Shown one piece after another: positions 52,513 to 61,673 of a stretch of DNA of 64,000 bases; position 1 is the first letter of the stretch, and every line of letters starts with the position of its first letter. The notes under the pieces were generated by a model. It did not search any database, was not told the origin of the DNA, and saw only the letters and a program-made list of their open reading frames with translations. The stretch is from a virus. The stretch lies in the IMG/VR virus record IMGVR_UViG_3300017963_000254, positions 10,516 to 74,515 of that record, one strand, 5' to 3'. Made by a program: the position numbers and the translations under genes.

Positions 52513-52833
52513 CTACGAAGTCTTCGTGACCGGAGCAGTCGAAACAGCCGGAGCGTTCCGAAAAAGCGGCCGGTTCTGGTCGTCGATTGCGACCATCGAA
52601 AAGACGTTCTCCGACCACAGGATCCCCTGCACGATGCCGACCCGCTGCCAGAGCTTCTGCTCCGGCCACTTGTCCCTGACCGCGTTCTGCTTGATGTCGT
52701 CGATCATCCACCTGGCGTGAGCCAGACGAAGGTCACCGGACTGAGCCGTGTGCGGCTCCTCGCGGCGGTGCACACCCTGAATCGAGAGGGTGTTCTCGTA
52801 GAGCTGTAGCAGCTCGGTGATCTGCTCGTTCAT
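52513..52833 (-). CDS. Hypothetical phage protein
   Basis: GGAGG SD and upstream GGTAGAAC. Confidence 0.65.
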   Translation of the reverse strand: MNEQITELLQLYENTLSIQGVHRREEPHTAQSGDLRLAHARWMIDDIKQNAVRDKWPEQKLWQRVGIVQGILWSENVFSMVAIDDQNRPLFRNAPAVSTAPVTKTS

Positions 52834-53014
52834 AAGTCCTCCAGAGATGGCGTTCTACCGAATCGGTCCGACGTATAGAATGGATTTCCGTGAAGTTACC
52901 GAACTGGGTCCGTCGGCTCATCTGCCGATTCCTAGGCCACATCCCTCTCGTAGTGAGGGAGAGACCGGATAAGGTCGTAATGTGCAAGCGGTGCTGGACC
53001 AGGCTGGAGGGACG

Positions 53015-53350
53015 ATGAGCCTATTCGACCGAGTCGTACTGGCCGAATCGACCTCCTCCGACGTATCGGAGATCGTTGAGCACCTCAAGGACGGCATCAA
53101 GCGCGGGAAGTTCTCCCCCGGCGTCAGCATCGACGAAGTATTCGCGACGCTTCCAGTGGAGATCACCATGCGCAGGTTCTCATCGTTGCTGCGTAAGCAC
53201 GCCGACGAGATCGGGAAGCGGCTGGGAGTGAAGGGATTCGCTGTGGGCGGCGGCAAGTATGTTCACTCGACTAAGAAGGAGAATTGGGGGAACATGCCGC
53301 ACAACAAGGCCGGCGGGTTGCGGGCAGGAACGCTGTGGTGGGCGCGATGA
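53015..53350 (+). CDS. Protein with MSLFDRVVLAE leader
   Basis: GGAGG SD; shared leader. Confidence 0.65.
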   Translation: MSLFDRVVLAESTSSDVSEIVEHLKDGIKRGKFSPGVSIDEVFATLPVEITMRRFSSLLRKHADEIGKRLGVKGFAVGGGKYVHSTKKENWGNMPHNKAGGLRAGTLWWAR

Positions 53351-54498
53351 GCCTGCTCGATCGAGTCGTAGGCGAAGCGATCGGCGCGGCCGGCTCGTGG
53401 GACCAGACCAACCCGGTCGGCGTCTCCAAGCAATCGCGCAAGGTGGTCGGGAACTTCCCGCTGCCGCTCCGGCGCAGGCGCGAGAAGGGCGAGAAGATCC
53501 ACCCGGATCTGTTCACGGAGGCCAAGAAGGTCAGGCTCACGAAGGCGCAGCGACGCGCGCTGGAGTTCTATGCGAAGAGGGACAAGCCCGATCCTGTCAT
53601 CAACTTCCCGTGGCGCGTGCATCCCACGCTGATGGATCTGGTTCGCAGGGGGCTGCTGCGCGAGCATCCCGATCCGAAGTGGATCGAGAAGAGGAAGTAC
53701 TCGATCACCGACGCCGGTCGCTCGGCACTGGGCCTGACGGAGCAGCAGCCTGCGCCGGTCTCCGGGTGGGTGACCATGCGCTATCCAGCTGGCACGAAGC
53801 ACGCTGGCAGGGCCGATGTCGTGATCGGCAAGGGCGGTGACCGCAAGCGCGCGAAGAAGGTTGCCGATGCGCTGCGGTGGATCTACGACAAGCGGGTGAA
53901 GACAGAGAGCGAGACGTTCAAGCTCACGCGCGCGGGCGAGTGCGCGATCGACCAGATCAGGCGCGCGCGGCACCTCACCTGGCGGCAACTGCTGGCGAGA
54001 TGCAAGAAGGGCTACGGCCGCGCGGACCTCGTGAAGGCGCTGCGCGACTTGGTGAGGGCGAAGGCCGTGATGGGCTACCAGGTCCAATTCCCCGGACCGC
54101 ACCTATGGCTCGATCCGGCCGACGCCGCTTCGTTCAAGCTCGACGACTGGCTGTACGCGCTGAACGCGAAGTCCAAGAAGTACTTTCCGCACGGTCCGCC
54201 GCCGGCGTGGCTGGGCGAGGATGAAGCTCCAGCGTTCAAGGCGCTCAAGGCGGGCCGTGGCAAGCTGACGCCAGAGGAACGCACGAAGGTGATGGACAGC
54301 AAAGCTGTCTGGCACTCCAAGATCAAGCGGAACCCGAAGACGGGGAAGATCGTTCACTCGGCCGTCCCTGCCGTATGGAAGTCTGAGGTGGACGGCAAGA
54401 CCTGGTACGTGACGAACACGCACCGCGCCTACAACGTGACGACGACGCTGAAGGGGACGATCAAGCGCTTCCACGACTTCATCAAGGGGACCGCGTGA
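53347..54498 (+). CDS. Putative head-internal polyprotein with MSLLDRVVGE leader
   Basis: Leader plus FTE, LTE, LGE module boundaries. Confidence 0.65.
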   Translation: MSLLDRVVGEAIGAAGSWDQTNPVGVSKQSRKVVGNFPLPLRRRREKGEKIHPDLFTEAKKVRLTKAQRRALEFYAKRDKPDPVINFPWRVHPTLMDLVRRGLLREHPDPKWIEKRKYSITDAGRSALGLTEQQPAPVSGWVTMRYPAGTKHAGRADVVIGKGGDRKRAKKVADALRWIYDKRVKTESETFKLTRAGECAIDQIRRARHLTWRQLLARCKKGYGRADLVKALRDLVRAKAVMGYQVQFPGPHLWLDPADAASFKLDDWLYALNAKSKKYFPHGPPPAWLGEDEAPAFKALKAGRGKLTPEERTKVMDSKAVWHSKIKRNPKTGKIVHSAVPAVWKSEVDGKTWYVTNTHRAYNVTTTLKGTIKRFHDFIKGTA

Positions 54499-55133
54499 GC
54501 CTCTACGACCGGGTGCTTGCGGAAGAGGACCGAGGGGCTGTCCGCACGCTCTACGCGTCAGGGAACGTGCGTCCAGGTGCGCCCCTGCTTGATGTGGGCG
54601 ATGGCGCTCTTGCTGACGCCGAGCGATGTGGCGATGGCTTGCAGCGATTCTCCGGTCTTGAGGCGTTGTCGGATGCCCGGGATGTCGGCCTCGACGAGTT
54701 GCGCCTTCCTGTTCTTCGACCCTCTCCTGTCGTCAAACCGACCCTTTCGCGAGCAGTCTTCCATGTTCCTCTTCTGGGTGCCGAGGAACAGGTGGTCAGG
54801 ATTCACGCAGGCCGGTGTGTCGCAGGAGTGGCAGACATTCATTCCCGGGGGGATGCTCCCTTTTTCCAGCAGGTAGGCTATCCGATGGGCACGTTGTTCT
54901 TTTCCCCATCGGATGTGCCCGTACCCGTCGTGGTTCACCGCCCCTGTCCAGAGCCAGCATCCGCTCTTCGTGCGACGAACTCTGCTCCAGAGTCGTGTCT
55001 CGATTGGGGTGTGGTGCGAGAAGCGCGGGGTATGATGGTTGGTGGCCATCGTGCCTCCTTCACAGGCTCGGCGGTCTGCGCAGCCCGGAGCCCTAACTCC
55101 GGGCTGTCGCCTTCTGCAAGGATAGCAGCGTGA
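54495..55133 (+). pseudogene. Orphaned 5' end of the HAD gene (MSLYDRVLAEEDRGAVRTLY) that then reads through the antisense strand of the HNH gene
   Basis: First 20 codons duplicate the start of 55130-56062; the remainder is the antisense of the HNH gene. Confidence 0.6.
54558..55049 (-). CDS. Free-standing HNH homing endonuclease
   Basis: SGCWLWTGA...GYG...RAHRIAY...VCHSCDTPACVNPDHLFLGT..N..D; GAAGGAGG SD. Confidence 0.92.
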   Translation of the reverse strand: MATNHHTPRFSHHTPIETRLWSRVRRTKSGCWLWTGAVNHDGYGHIRWGKEQRAHRIAYLLEKGSIPPGMNVCHSCDTPACVNPDHLFLGTQKRNMEDCSRKGRFDDRRGSKNRKAQLVEADIPGIRQRLKTGESLQAIATSLGVSKSAIAHIKQGRTWTHVP

Positions 55134-56062
55134 GACGGCGGGGGTTGAAGGTGCTCCTGTCGGAGGACAGGGGGAGTGACCTAAAGGTAAGAACACTATA
55201 TATTTATGACTTCGATGACACACTGGTCTACTCGCCGCCGGTCAAGCGGCTGCGCGAGCTGACGAAGGCCAGCAGCATCGCCGGCAAGCCGATCAAGGCC
55301 AAGCCCCAGGTGCGCGCGGCCTACCAGCGCGCGAAGCAGGACCACTTGGGCAAGGTCATCGTGATGACTGGCCGGCTCAACACGCCCGAGCTGCGCAAAG
55401 CGGTGAAGGACGCGCTAGACCAGGCCGGCTACACCGGCCACAAGTTCGGCCACGACCTGTTCCTGAAGAACCCGAGGACGCGCAGCACGGCCGAGTGGAA
55501 GAAGAAGATGCTGCGCGGCTTCATGAAGCGCTGGCCGAACGCGACATCGGTCCACATGTGGGATGACCGTGGCGAGCACGTCGAGCAGTTCAAGAGGCAG
55601 ATCAAAGATCTGAACCGAGAACCACACGTCGTGCACGTCTCGGAGAGCCTCTACGATCGGATCGTCGAGGCGCTCGTGGCCAGGGTGCTGAAGGGCAAGG
55701 CGGGGACGCTGGTCCGCAGCAAGTACATCCACCAGGCGGTCGATGTTGGTGGGGCGATTCGCCCGGCCTGCCGGCCGCGTGATGTGAGCGCGGTGCTGAA
55801 GCTCTCGCCGCGCCTGGACTCGACCGATGTGACGTGTCCGAGGTGCAAGAAGCTCGTCGAGAGCTACCCGAACCGCCCGCGAGGACAAGCGAGAGATCTG
55901 TCAGTTCCTTCCAAGGGGGAGAAACCGTCGCCCGAGGCGCCAGCCGAAGAGCCTGAACAGCCGATGGACAGCGCGTTGCCCGGGAACGTGAGTCCGAGAG
56001 CGTTCATGAGAGGAGCAGGTACTAGGGCTCAACGCATGAGAGGACCAAGGCCGCCCCGATGA
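55130..56062 (+). CDS. HAD-superfamily phosphatase-like protein (polynucleotide/RNA-repair type)
   Basis: YDFDDTL (motif I), MTGR (II), K, WDDR (IV); internal ESLYDRIVEA. Confidence 0.75.
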   Translation: MRRRGLKVLLSEDRGSDLKVRTLYIYDFDDTLVYSPPVKRLRELTKASSIAGKPIKAKPQVRAAYQRAKQDHLGKVIVMTGRLNTPELRKAVKDALDQAGYTGHKFGHDLFLKNPRTRSTAEWKKKMLRGFMKRWPNATSVHMWDDRGEHVEQFKRQIKDLNREPHVVHVSESLYDRIVEALVARVLKGKAGTLVRSKYIHQAVDVGGAIRPACRPRDVSAVLKLSPRLDSTDVTCPRCKKLVESYPNRPRGQARDLSVPSKGEKPSPEAPAEEPEQPMDSALPGNVSPRAFMRGAGTRAQRMRGPRPPR

Positions 56063-56499
56063 TCGACCTCGTGATTCTGCTCGCCGACACGGCTGCGGAG
56101 GCCACAGCTGATCCAGCCATTCCCTCCTGGGGCAAGTACGTTCTCGGCCCGCTCGGCTGTCTGGTGCTGCTCCTGATCTACGCCGTCTACACGGAGAGGT
56201 ACCGGATACCAAAATTCGAGGGCCTGTTGACATCGAAGGAGACGTCGCTGAAAGAGGTGCGCACCGAGCTGGAGACGCTGCGCGACAAGAACTCGCTCAG
56301 GCAGGAGGAGATCCGCAAGGAAGCCGAGGCGCGGGAGGATGAGCTGGAGGCCGAGGTTCGCCGGCTGAAGGACAAGATCGCCAAGGAGAAGTCGGCTCGA
56401 GCATGGTGGCAGGCGAAGGCGACCGGGGCCTTCAAGCGGCTCAAGGAAGACGTCAGTATCCCCGAAGACATCGACAAGACGCACTACGGCGGCGACTAG
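56059..56499 (+). CDS. Membrane protein with coiled coil (holin-like?)
   Basis: TM segment VLGPLGCLVLLLIYAV followed by coiled coil. Confidence 0.55.
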   Translation: MIDLVILLADTAAEATADPAIPSWGKYVLGPLGCLVLLLIYAVYTERYRIPKFEGLLTSKETSLKEVRTELETLRDKNSLRQEEIRKEAEAREDELEAEVRRLKDKIAKEKSARAWWQAKATGAFKRLKEDVSIPEDIDKTHYGGD

Positions 56500-56951
56500 T
56501 AGAGGTTGTTGAGCGCCTCTCGCAGCTCTCGCAGGGTAACCCAGCGCTTCTTGCCACCCAGCTTGACCCGCATCTTCGCCTTGTAGAGCCTGTGGAGCCG
56601 GCGCTTGTAGGTGAGTACGATGTCGGCGCCATCGGCCGGCGCGTGCTCCCAGATGATCTGCACGTAGCCGGTCGTGTAGTTGACCGTGCCGGTGCAGTTG
56701 CCGTGCATGACGCCATCCTCGCCGATGTCGCAGCAGGCCATCTCCGGCTTGATGTGGCCAGTCAACGCTCCCAGACGACTGACAGCGTCGGGCGGCATGA
56801 CTCGGATTCGTACTGAGCCAGGGACGATCGGTCCACGGATGCCGCCTGAGAAGGTCGTCGTCGCCCCGTCGCCCTCGCCAAACGGCAGGCGGATGTCCTC
56901 GGCCTTCGGATAGTCGCCCCACTCGCCGTCGCCCCAGTCACTACCGCTCAT
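56496..56951 (-). CDS. Protein with tail-sheath/virion beta-domain-like segment
   Basis: 'FGEGDGATTTFSG...PIVPGSV...GTVNYTTG...APADGADI..TY'. Confidence 0.55.
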   Translation of the reverse strand: MSGSDWGDGEWGDYPKAEDIRLPFGEGDGATTTFSGGIRGPIVPGSVRIRVMPPDAVSRLGALTGHIKPEMACCDIGEDGVMHGNCTGTVNYTTGYVQIIWEHAPADGADIVLTYKRRLHRLYKAKMRVKLGGKKRWVTLRELREALNNLY

Positions 56952-57228
56952 CGGATAGCTTCCCGAGCGCGGTGATCGCGCACGGCGCGACCGGCTCCCA
57001 GTTGCGCGACAGGAACCACTCCAGCAGCTCCGGCTTGTTCGTCTCCAGCCAGCGGTCGCTGTACTGTGGGCTGTCTGGCGTGCAGAGCGTAAGCCACGGT
57101 TCCCCACCTGGAACGGTCGGCCGGTGTTCCTTCGCCTGTGCCTCGTAGTCGAGGGGGTGCCGCTTCGCGTCCTTGTAGGACAGCGCAGACCCGGCGCGCG
57201 AGAGACGTAGCGCCTCGCGCAGGGTCAC
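56941..57228 (-). CDS. Hypothetical protein
   Basis: GTGA coupling; C-terminal AITALGKL. Confidence 0.5.
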   Translation of the reverse strand: MTLREALRLSRAGSALSYKDAKRHPLDYEAQAKEHRPTVPGGEPWLTLCTPDSPQYSDRWLETNKPELLEWFLSRNWEPVAPCAITALGKLSDER

Positions 57229-57587
57229 GGTTTCACCTGGCACTCGCAGCCCTTCTCGATGAGGATCCGACGCTGCTCCTCGAGCGTGTTGACGAGACCA
57301 GGAGGTTCCGGCGGCGATTCCAGCAGGTCTGCCAGTTGGTCGATAGCCGATCGTTCGAAGAAGATCGGCGACTTGTGATTCCATCCGCGCTGATCCATCT
57401 CCTCTACCTGCTCTCGATGTCGATCCGCTAGATGCTGGAGATGCCCCTCCCAGCGCTTGACCTCCGGGTGATGCCGGTATCCCTGCCTATCCTCGGTCAG
57501 GATCGTCCAGATCGCGTGCAGCTCGCGGTGCTCTCCGAGGAGGTGCTTGCGGCAGAGGACGCGAACCGGCAGGTCCCAGATCCTCAC
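57225..57587 (-). CDS. Pyrimidine-dimer DNA glycosylase (DenV/endonuclease V-like)
   Basis: MRIW....LCRKHLLGEHRELH...EM..RG.NHKSP. Confidence 0.78.
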   Translation of the reverse strand: MRIWDLPVRVLCRKHLLGEHRELHAIWTILTEDRQGYRHHPEVKRWEGHLQHLADRHREQVEEMDQRGWNHKSPIFFERSAIDQLADLLESPPEPPGLVNTLEEQRRILIEKGCECQVKP

Positions 57588-58135
57588 TCGACTTCCTCGA
57601 CTTCCTCATCGACGAGAGTGGCGAGGTGGTCGACGGCCGATGGGAACGCGTCCGGCTGGATGTCGGCGAGTACGCGAGACGGCATCCGTCCCTCGGCAGC
57701 GGCGATCATGAGAAGTGCGTCGAGGAGCTTCTTGTCCGCATCCCATCCGCTGATGTCAACCTCTACGCGTGTCTTTCGGTGCGTGTAGTAGCCGGTGTAG
57801 TTGCCCTTGAACCATTCAGGTTCGCGCTCGCCCTCGGCCTCCCGGCCGCTGCATGGACATCGGTCGTCGAGGTAGCGGGTGAACGCTTCCGGCGTGAGTG
57901 CGTGGGCATATGGAAGGACAGGCGCGAGGAACAGTCTGGTGATCTTCTCCAGCCGGTCGATGCGGTTAAGGAGCTGACCGACCTCTTCGATGAACGCACT
58001 TCCTGATGAGCCTGTGATGAGTACGTCGATCGGCGTCTTGTCGTCGATCGCAACGCGGATCACGGCGCCGCGTTCATCGAACGTGAAGAAGCTCGGACGA
58101 AGCTCTGGTGCTGGAGCGTCGGCCATGTCTGGCAC
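57584..58135 (-). CDS. Hypothetical protein ending in the SAVDHLA motif
   Basis: PSAVDHLATLVDE. Confidence 0.6.
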   Translation of the reverse strand: MPDMADAPAPELRPSFFTFDERGAVIRVAIDDKTPIDVLITGSSGSAFIEEVGQLLNRIDRLEKITRLFLAPVLPYAHALTPEAFTRYLDDRCPCSGREAEGEREPEWFKGNYTGYYTHRKTRVEVDISGWDADKKLLDALLMIAAAEGRMPSRVLADIQPDAFPSAVDHLATLVDEEVEEVE

Positions 58136-58437
58136 TATCGTCTCCTCTTCTTGCCGCGCTTCGCCTGCCGCTCCTTCCGCGCCTCGAGCCGCTCGGCGCG
58201 CTGCGCCCGGAGCGTCGTGTTGTGCAGGAAGCGGTCGACGCCACCCTCATCGATCTCGACGCCATCGAGTTGGCCCAGCATGGTCCGAATCAGGGCCGCC
58301 GGATCGTCAGGGTCAACCGGCCCGGCGGGTAAGGAGCTGGCAACCTCGATCTTGGGAGCCGGCTCCTTCGCTTTCTTCTTGGGTGGCAACTTGTCGTCGG
58401 CCGGCGGCGGGCTGGAGAAGAACTCGGCCTCCTTCAT
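58135..58437 (-). CDS. Hypothetical protein
   Basis: AAGGAG SD before ATG 58437. Confidence 0.5.
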   Translation of the reverse strand: MKEAEFFSSPPPADDKLPPKKKAKEPAPKIEVASSLPAGPVDPDDPAALIRTMLGQLDGVEIDEGGVDRFLHNTTLRAQRAERLEARKERQAKRGKKRRR

Positions 58438-58648
58438 GGGTACTCCTTCCGATGTCGGCCAGCTGATCCACGGCCGATTTCGGCCTGACATTGCCGATCC
58501 AGCACTTGAGCACCTTGGGCTCACCGATGGCCGCATCGTGCAGGCGGAATACGACCTCCTGCGTGAGCGGCCACACGCGGATCACCTTGCCGAAGCGGCC
58601 GGCGAATCGGCCGGCGTTGATGATGCGGATCTCGTCTCCTGGGTCCAT
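58313..58648 (-). CDS. KOW/SH3-like small protein with SAVDQLA motif
   Basis: 'PGDEIRIINAGRFAGRFGKV'; TAGAAC-N6-ATG. Confidence 0.55.
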   Translation of the reverse strand: MDPGDEIRIINAGRFAGRFGKVIRVWPLTQEVVFRLHDAAIGEPKVLKCWIGNVRPKSAVDQLADIGRSTHEGGRVLLQPAAGRRQVATQEESEGAGSQDRGCQLLTRRAG

Positions 58649-58657
58649 ACCCTAGTT

Positions 58658-58864
58658 CTACCCCGCCTTCTGTCCGAGGTGCGCCAAGCAATCCACGGCC
58701 GAGGCGTCCCACGGGATCCCGTCCACGCAGAGGGTCATCCCGTCTTCTCCCTCGTGGGCGATCCTGGCGTTCAACTCGCCCAGCTCCTTCCGCTCGGCCG
58801 GCGTCAGCCGATCCGGCAGGCAGAGCTGCCAGTGGCGATGGATGACCTCGTCGCGGGCTACCAT
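58658..58864 (-). CDS. Small protein ending in the SAVDCLA motif
   Basis: ATG 58864; ASAVDCLAHLG. Confidence 0.5.
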   Translation of the reverse strand: MVARDEVIHRHWQLCLPDRLTPAERKELGELNARIAHEGEDGMTLCVDGIPWDASAVDCLAHLGQKAG

Positions 58865-59331
58865 TGCGGCTTCGCGTCCTTCCCTCGATCGCTGTTCTTC
58901 AGATCGACGCCGTGCCTCTTCGCGGTAGCCGCGATCGGTCCCCACATGTGGTGGTTGTTGCACTCGCGCCAGAGCTTCTGGAGCCTGGCCGCGATGACCT
59001 CTGGCGGATCGTCGATCGGTTCCACTGTTACTCGGTAGCGCACGACGCGCACCGATCCGTTGAAGGCAGACGGTTCGGGGTCGAGGCGGATACCGTTGTA
59101 CATGGAGATGGTCGCGTCGTAGGTCTCGAAGGACAGCGGCCACTCGTCGACTTGGCGCACCTGCGCCCACGCCTTGGCGAGCTTCAGCGTGCCGCCGCCT
59201 CCGACCTTCCCCGTCCGAGTGTCAGTCGTCTGGTAGTAGACATCGCCGGAGACTTTGGCTCGCTTGATGGAGAATCGGCCGTCCTTTGACGTGCAGCAGC
59301 CGTCCTTGCTCCGGTTCCACTTGATCTTCAC
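58858..59331 (-). CDS. Hypothetical protein
   Basis: Operon context. Confidence 0.6.
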   Translation of the reverse strand: MKIKWNRSKDGCCTSKDGRFSIKRAKVSGDVYYQTTDTRTGKVGGGGTLKLAKAWAQVRQVDEWPLSFETYDATISMYNGIRLDPEPSAFNGSVRVVRYRVTVEPIDDPPEVIAARLQKLWRECNNHHMWGPIAATAKRHGVDLKNSDRGKDAKPQW

Positions 59332-59645
59332 GGGATCTTTCCTTCGGCCCTGTAGGATTCGTCGGCCTCGACCGCGAGAGCCCAGAGATCCTGGTAGCTG
59401 ACGAACCAGGAGCGCAGGCTGTTCGGGTCGTGCCCGTTGTAGAAGGTGACCTCGACGCCGCCGCCGATGAGCGCGGCGATGTAGCCGACCTTGTTGCCGT
59501 CCGCGTCGCTCACGTCGGCTGTCGTGTCCGAGATCTTGAAGCCGGTCCGCCCCGAGCTGAACCGCTCGGTGTCGCCGTAGAGCTTGAACCGGAGAGGCGC
59601 GGTCGCGCTTGCCTCTGGGGGCGGATCTGGCAGCGGTGGCTTCAT
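59328..59645 (-). CDS. Hypothetical protein
   Basis: AGGAGG SD. Confidence 0.55.
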   Translation of the reverse strand: MKPPLPDPPPEASATAPLRFKLYGDTERFSSGRTGFKISDTTADVSDADGNKVGYIAALIGGGVEVTFYNGHDPNSLRSWFVSYQDLWALAVEADESYRAEGKIP

Positions 59646-59652
59646 GGGCCTC

Positions 59653-60027
59653 CTAGCACGTGTAGAGGACGAACGAGGGCTCGGTGTAGACGCGCTCGAC
59701 CGGATCGTCCGACGGATCGTAGCCCTCGACGAAGTTGCCTGCCGCGACCTGCTCGCGTATCAGCTCCCGCGCCTGCTCCTCGTTCTCCGCCAGGCACCCG
59801 AACCCCTCCCACTCGTACACGTTCCTCTGCGTCTGCCCCAGCTCCGCCAGGAGCTTCTCGGCGATGCCCCGGAACCACTCCTTCGACACGTCGTCCGGTG
59901 GCGCCTCCTCGGGCAGGTCGTCCCACGTCGGGCAGTGCTCATCCGGGTCCGGCGGATCCTCAGCTGGCCAGAAGTGCGCGTGCAGCGCCCACAGTCGCTT
60001 GGCTAGGTGCTCTTTCATCCGTCCCAC
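59653..60027 (-). CDS. Hypothetical acidic protein
   Basis: Operon context. Confidence 0.55.
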   Translation of the reverse strand: MGRMKEHLAKRLWALHAHFWPAEDPPDPDEHCPTWDDLPEEAPPDDVSKEWFRGIAEKLLAELGQTQRNVYEWEGFGCLAENEEQARELIREQVAAGNFVEGYDPSDDPVERVYTEPSFVLYTC

Positions 60028-60425
60028 TCCTCATCGTCCTTGTCGGTGACGCCGCAGATCGGCAGTAGGCCCATCTTGCGGGCCAGTTTGACAGCGAGCG
60101 CCAGCTCCTCGTCGACCGGCTCGGTGGAGCCGTCACCGAAGCGGATGCCGCTCTTGTACTCGTCGGGATCGTCGCCGTAGCGAGCGATGACGGTCGGCAG
60201 GTTCTCGCCCTGCTTCGTGCAGAAGTAGAGATCGAAGAACTCCGACGGCTTGGTGCGCAGCTCGCGGTGCAGGTCGGCGAGCGACGGGTTCTCGATGTGT
60301 CGGGTCAGCGCTGACACGACCTCGTCGGTGACGAGGATCGTCTCGGATCGCGTGATTCTGCCCAGGAACACGCACTTGTCGCAGTCGTGGGTGAAGTGAG
60401 GGTCGACGTTCACTGTGCCGGACAC
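60015..60425 (-). CDS. Hypothetical phage protein (HDCDKCVFLG)
   Basis: GAGGAG SD before GTG 60425. Confidence 0.55.
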   Translation of the reverse strand: MSGTVNVDPHFTHDCDKCVFLGRITRSETILVTDEVVSALTRHIENPSLADLHRELRTKPSEFFDLYFCTKQGENLPTVIARYGDDPDEYKSGIRFGDGSTEPVDEELALAVKLARKMGLLPICGVTDKDDEEWDG

Positions 60426-61144
60426 TCTTCCTCCTCGGCTAGTAGCCCGAGCCTGGTGACCGCGTCGGCGCACAGCTCGTGGATGACCCTGAGCCGGCCG
60501 CGCTTGATGCTGGCTTCCTTGAGCGCCTCCGAGGCCGCTCGCTTCGACCTGAAGGTCTCCGGCAGCTTGTCCTTGTAGCCATCCTCACCGTAGAGTTTGG
60601 CGCTCCACCCTCCCTGGACACTGGTGACCAGGCCGAGCCGCACGCTGGTGCCGCCGTGCTTCCTGCCGATCCACACCTGTCGGCCTTCGCGCCTGTAGGA
60701 GAACGGCTGCTCCAGCAGTTTGCGCCAGCCGTCGTTGTTCATGTCGATCGCGAGTGACGAGACCCAGTATGGGACGCCGCGCAGCCACTTCCAGGTGGCG
60801 ACCGAAGCGGGCCGCGACAGCCAGAACTCGATGTCGCCAAACTGCCGCCAGAACCGTGCCTCGGTGCGGGTGACGGTCTCGTTGCCGTCCTTGTCTTTGA
60901 TGATGCGCCGGCCGCGCATGGTCGGGTTCCTGGACGACCACCTTCCCCATCGGCCGTCAACCTGCCTACGGTAGAACGAGATCCTGCACTCGGCGCTCCA
61001 CTCGTCGTTGATCGGGTAGTGCAGCAGAGCCGTGAACTCCTGACGAGTGCCGCTCTCGCTCGCGCCGCCGTACGAGGGTGTCCACCCGCTGCTACTGGCA
61101 AGCTCGATCATGCGCTTGGCGCGGGCCGGAAGACTGATGGTCAC
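60410..61144 (-). CDS. Hypothetical protein
   Basis: GTGA coupling; C-terminal DAVTRLGLLA. Confidence 0.55.
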   Translation of the reverse strand: MTISLPARAKRMIELASSSGWTPSYGGASESGTRQEFTALLHYPINDEWSAECRISFYRRQVDGRWGRWSSRNPTMRGRRIIKDKDGNETVTRTEARFWRQFGDIEFWLSRPASVATWKWLRGVPYWVSSLAIDMNNDGWRKLLEQPFSYRREGRQVWIGRKHGGTSVRLGLVTSVQGGWSAKLYGEDGYKDKLPETFRSKRAASEALKEASIKRGRLRVIHELCADAVTRLGLLAEEEECPAQ

Positions 61145-61485
61145 GCAGCATCCTCCTCGTCGTCGAGCAGCGAACCCATCCTGGTGATCACGTCGATCTC
61201 CCGGGTGTAGCCCTTGTCGCGCTTCTCGTTCTTCATTCTCCGGGCGTAGCTGATGGCGCTGCTCTTCCCGCGTCGGACCTCGGGCTTGATCCTGCCCTTC
61301 GCTCCGTACTTGCCCCACCGTCGGACGACCTCGAACTTGCCGTCTCCGCACCTGAGCACGGCGACCTCCCAGAACTTGTCGGACTGGCCGCTCACGTTCT
61401 CGGCGTTGGGGCCGAGGTACTCGAGGTAGCGGTGGTAGATCGGCTCTGGACGACCATCGTAGGGGCTGATGTCGGTGAGCTTCAC
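61141..61485 (-). CDS. WGR-domain protein
   Basis: SDKFWEV...VVRRWGKYGAKG...EKRDKGY. Confidence 0.78.
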   Translation of the reverse strand: MKLTDISPYDGRPEPIYHRYLEYLGPNAENVSGQSDKFWEVAVLRCGDGKFEVVRRWGKYGAKGRIKPEVRRGKSSAISYARRMKNEKRDKGYTREIDVITRMGSLLDDEEDAA

Positions 61486-61673
61486 GACTGCTCCTCTCCG
61501 GTCCACAGCGGCCGGCCGTCGCGGTCCACCTGGTTGTGCGGGCGCCGGGCACGGGCCTGACCCTGCCAGACCTGGTTGCCTGACTGCTTGCGCACGCCAG
61601 CCCAGACTCGACTCGAGTAGCGCCGGATCTGGCGGCGGGTGCGTCCGTGCTGCGGCTTGCCCTTGATGCTCAT
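61482..61673 (-). CDS. Small basic hypothetical protein
   Basis: ATGA coupling. Confidence 0.45.
   Translation of the reverse strand: MSIKGKPQHGRTRRQIRRYSSRVWAGVRKQSGNQVWQGQARARRPHNQVDRDGRPLWTGEEQS

Noticed and set aside
54555-55201. Group I intron carrying the HNH gene
   Set aside because: The HNH ORF is antisense and fills most of the insert, leaving no room for a ribozyme core. The duplicated recoded gene start makes splicing unnecessary.
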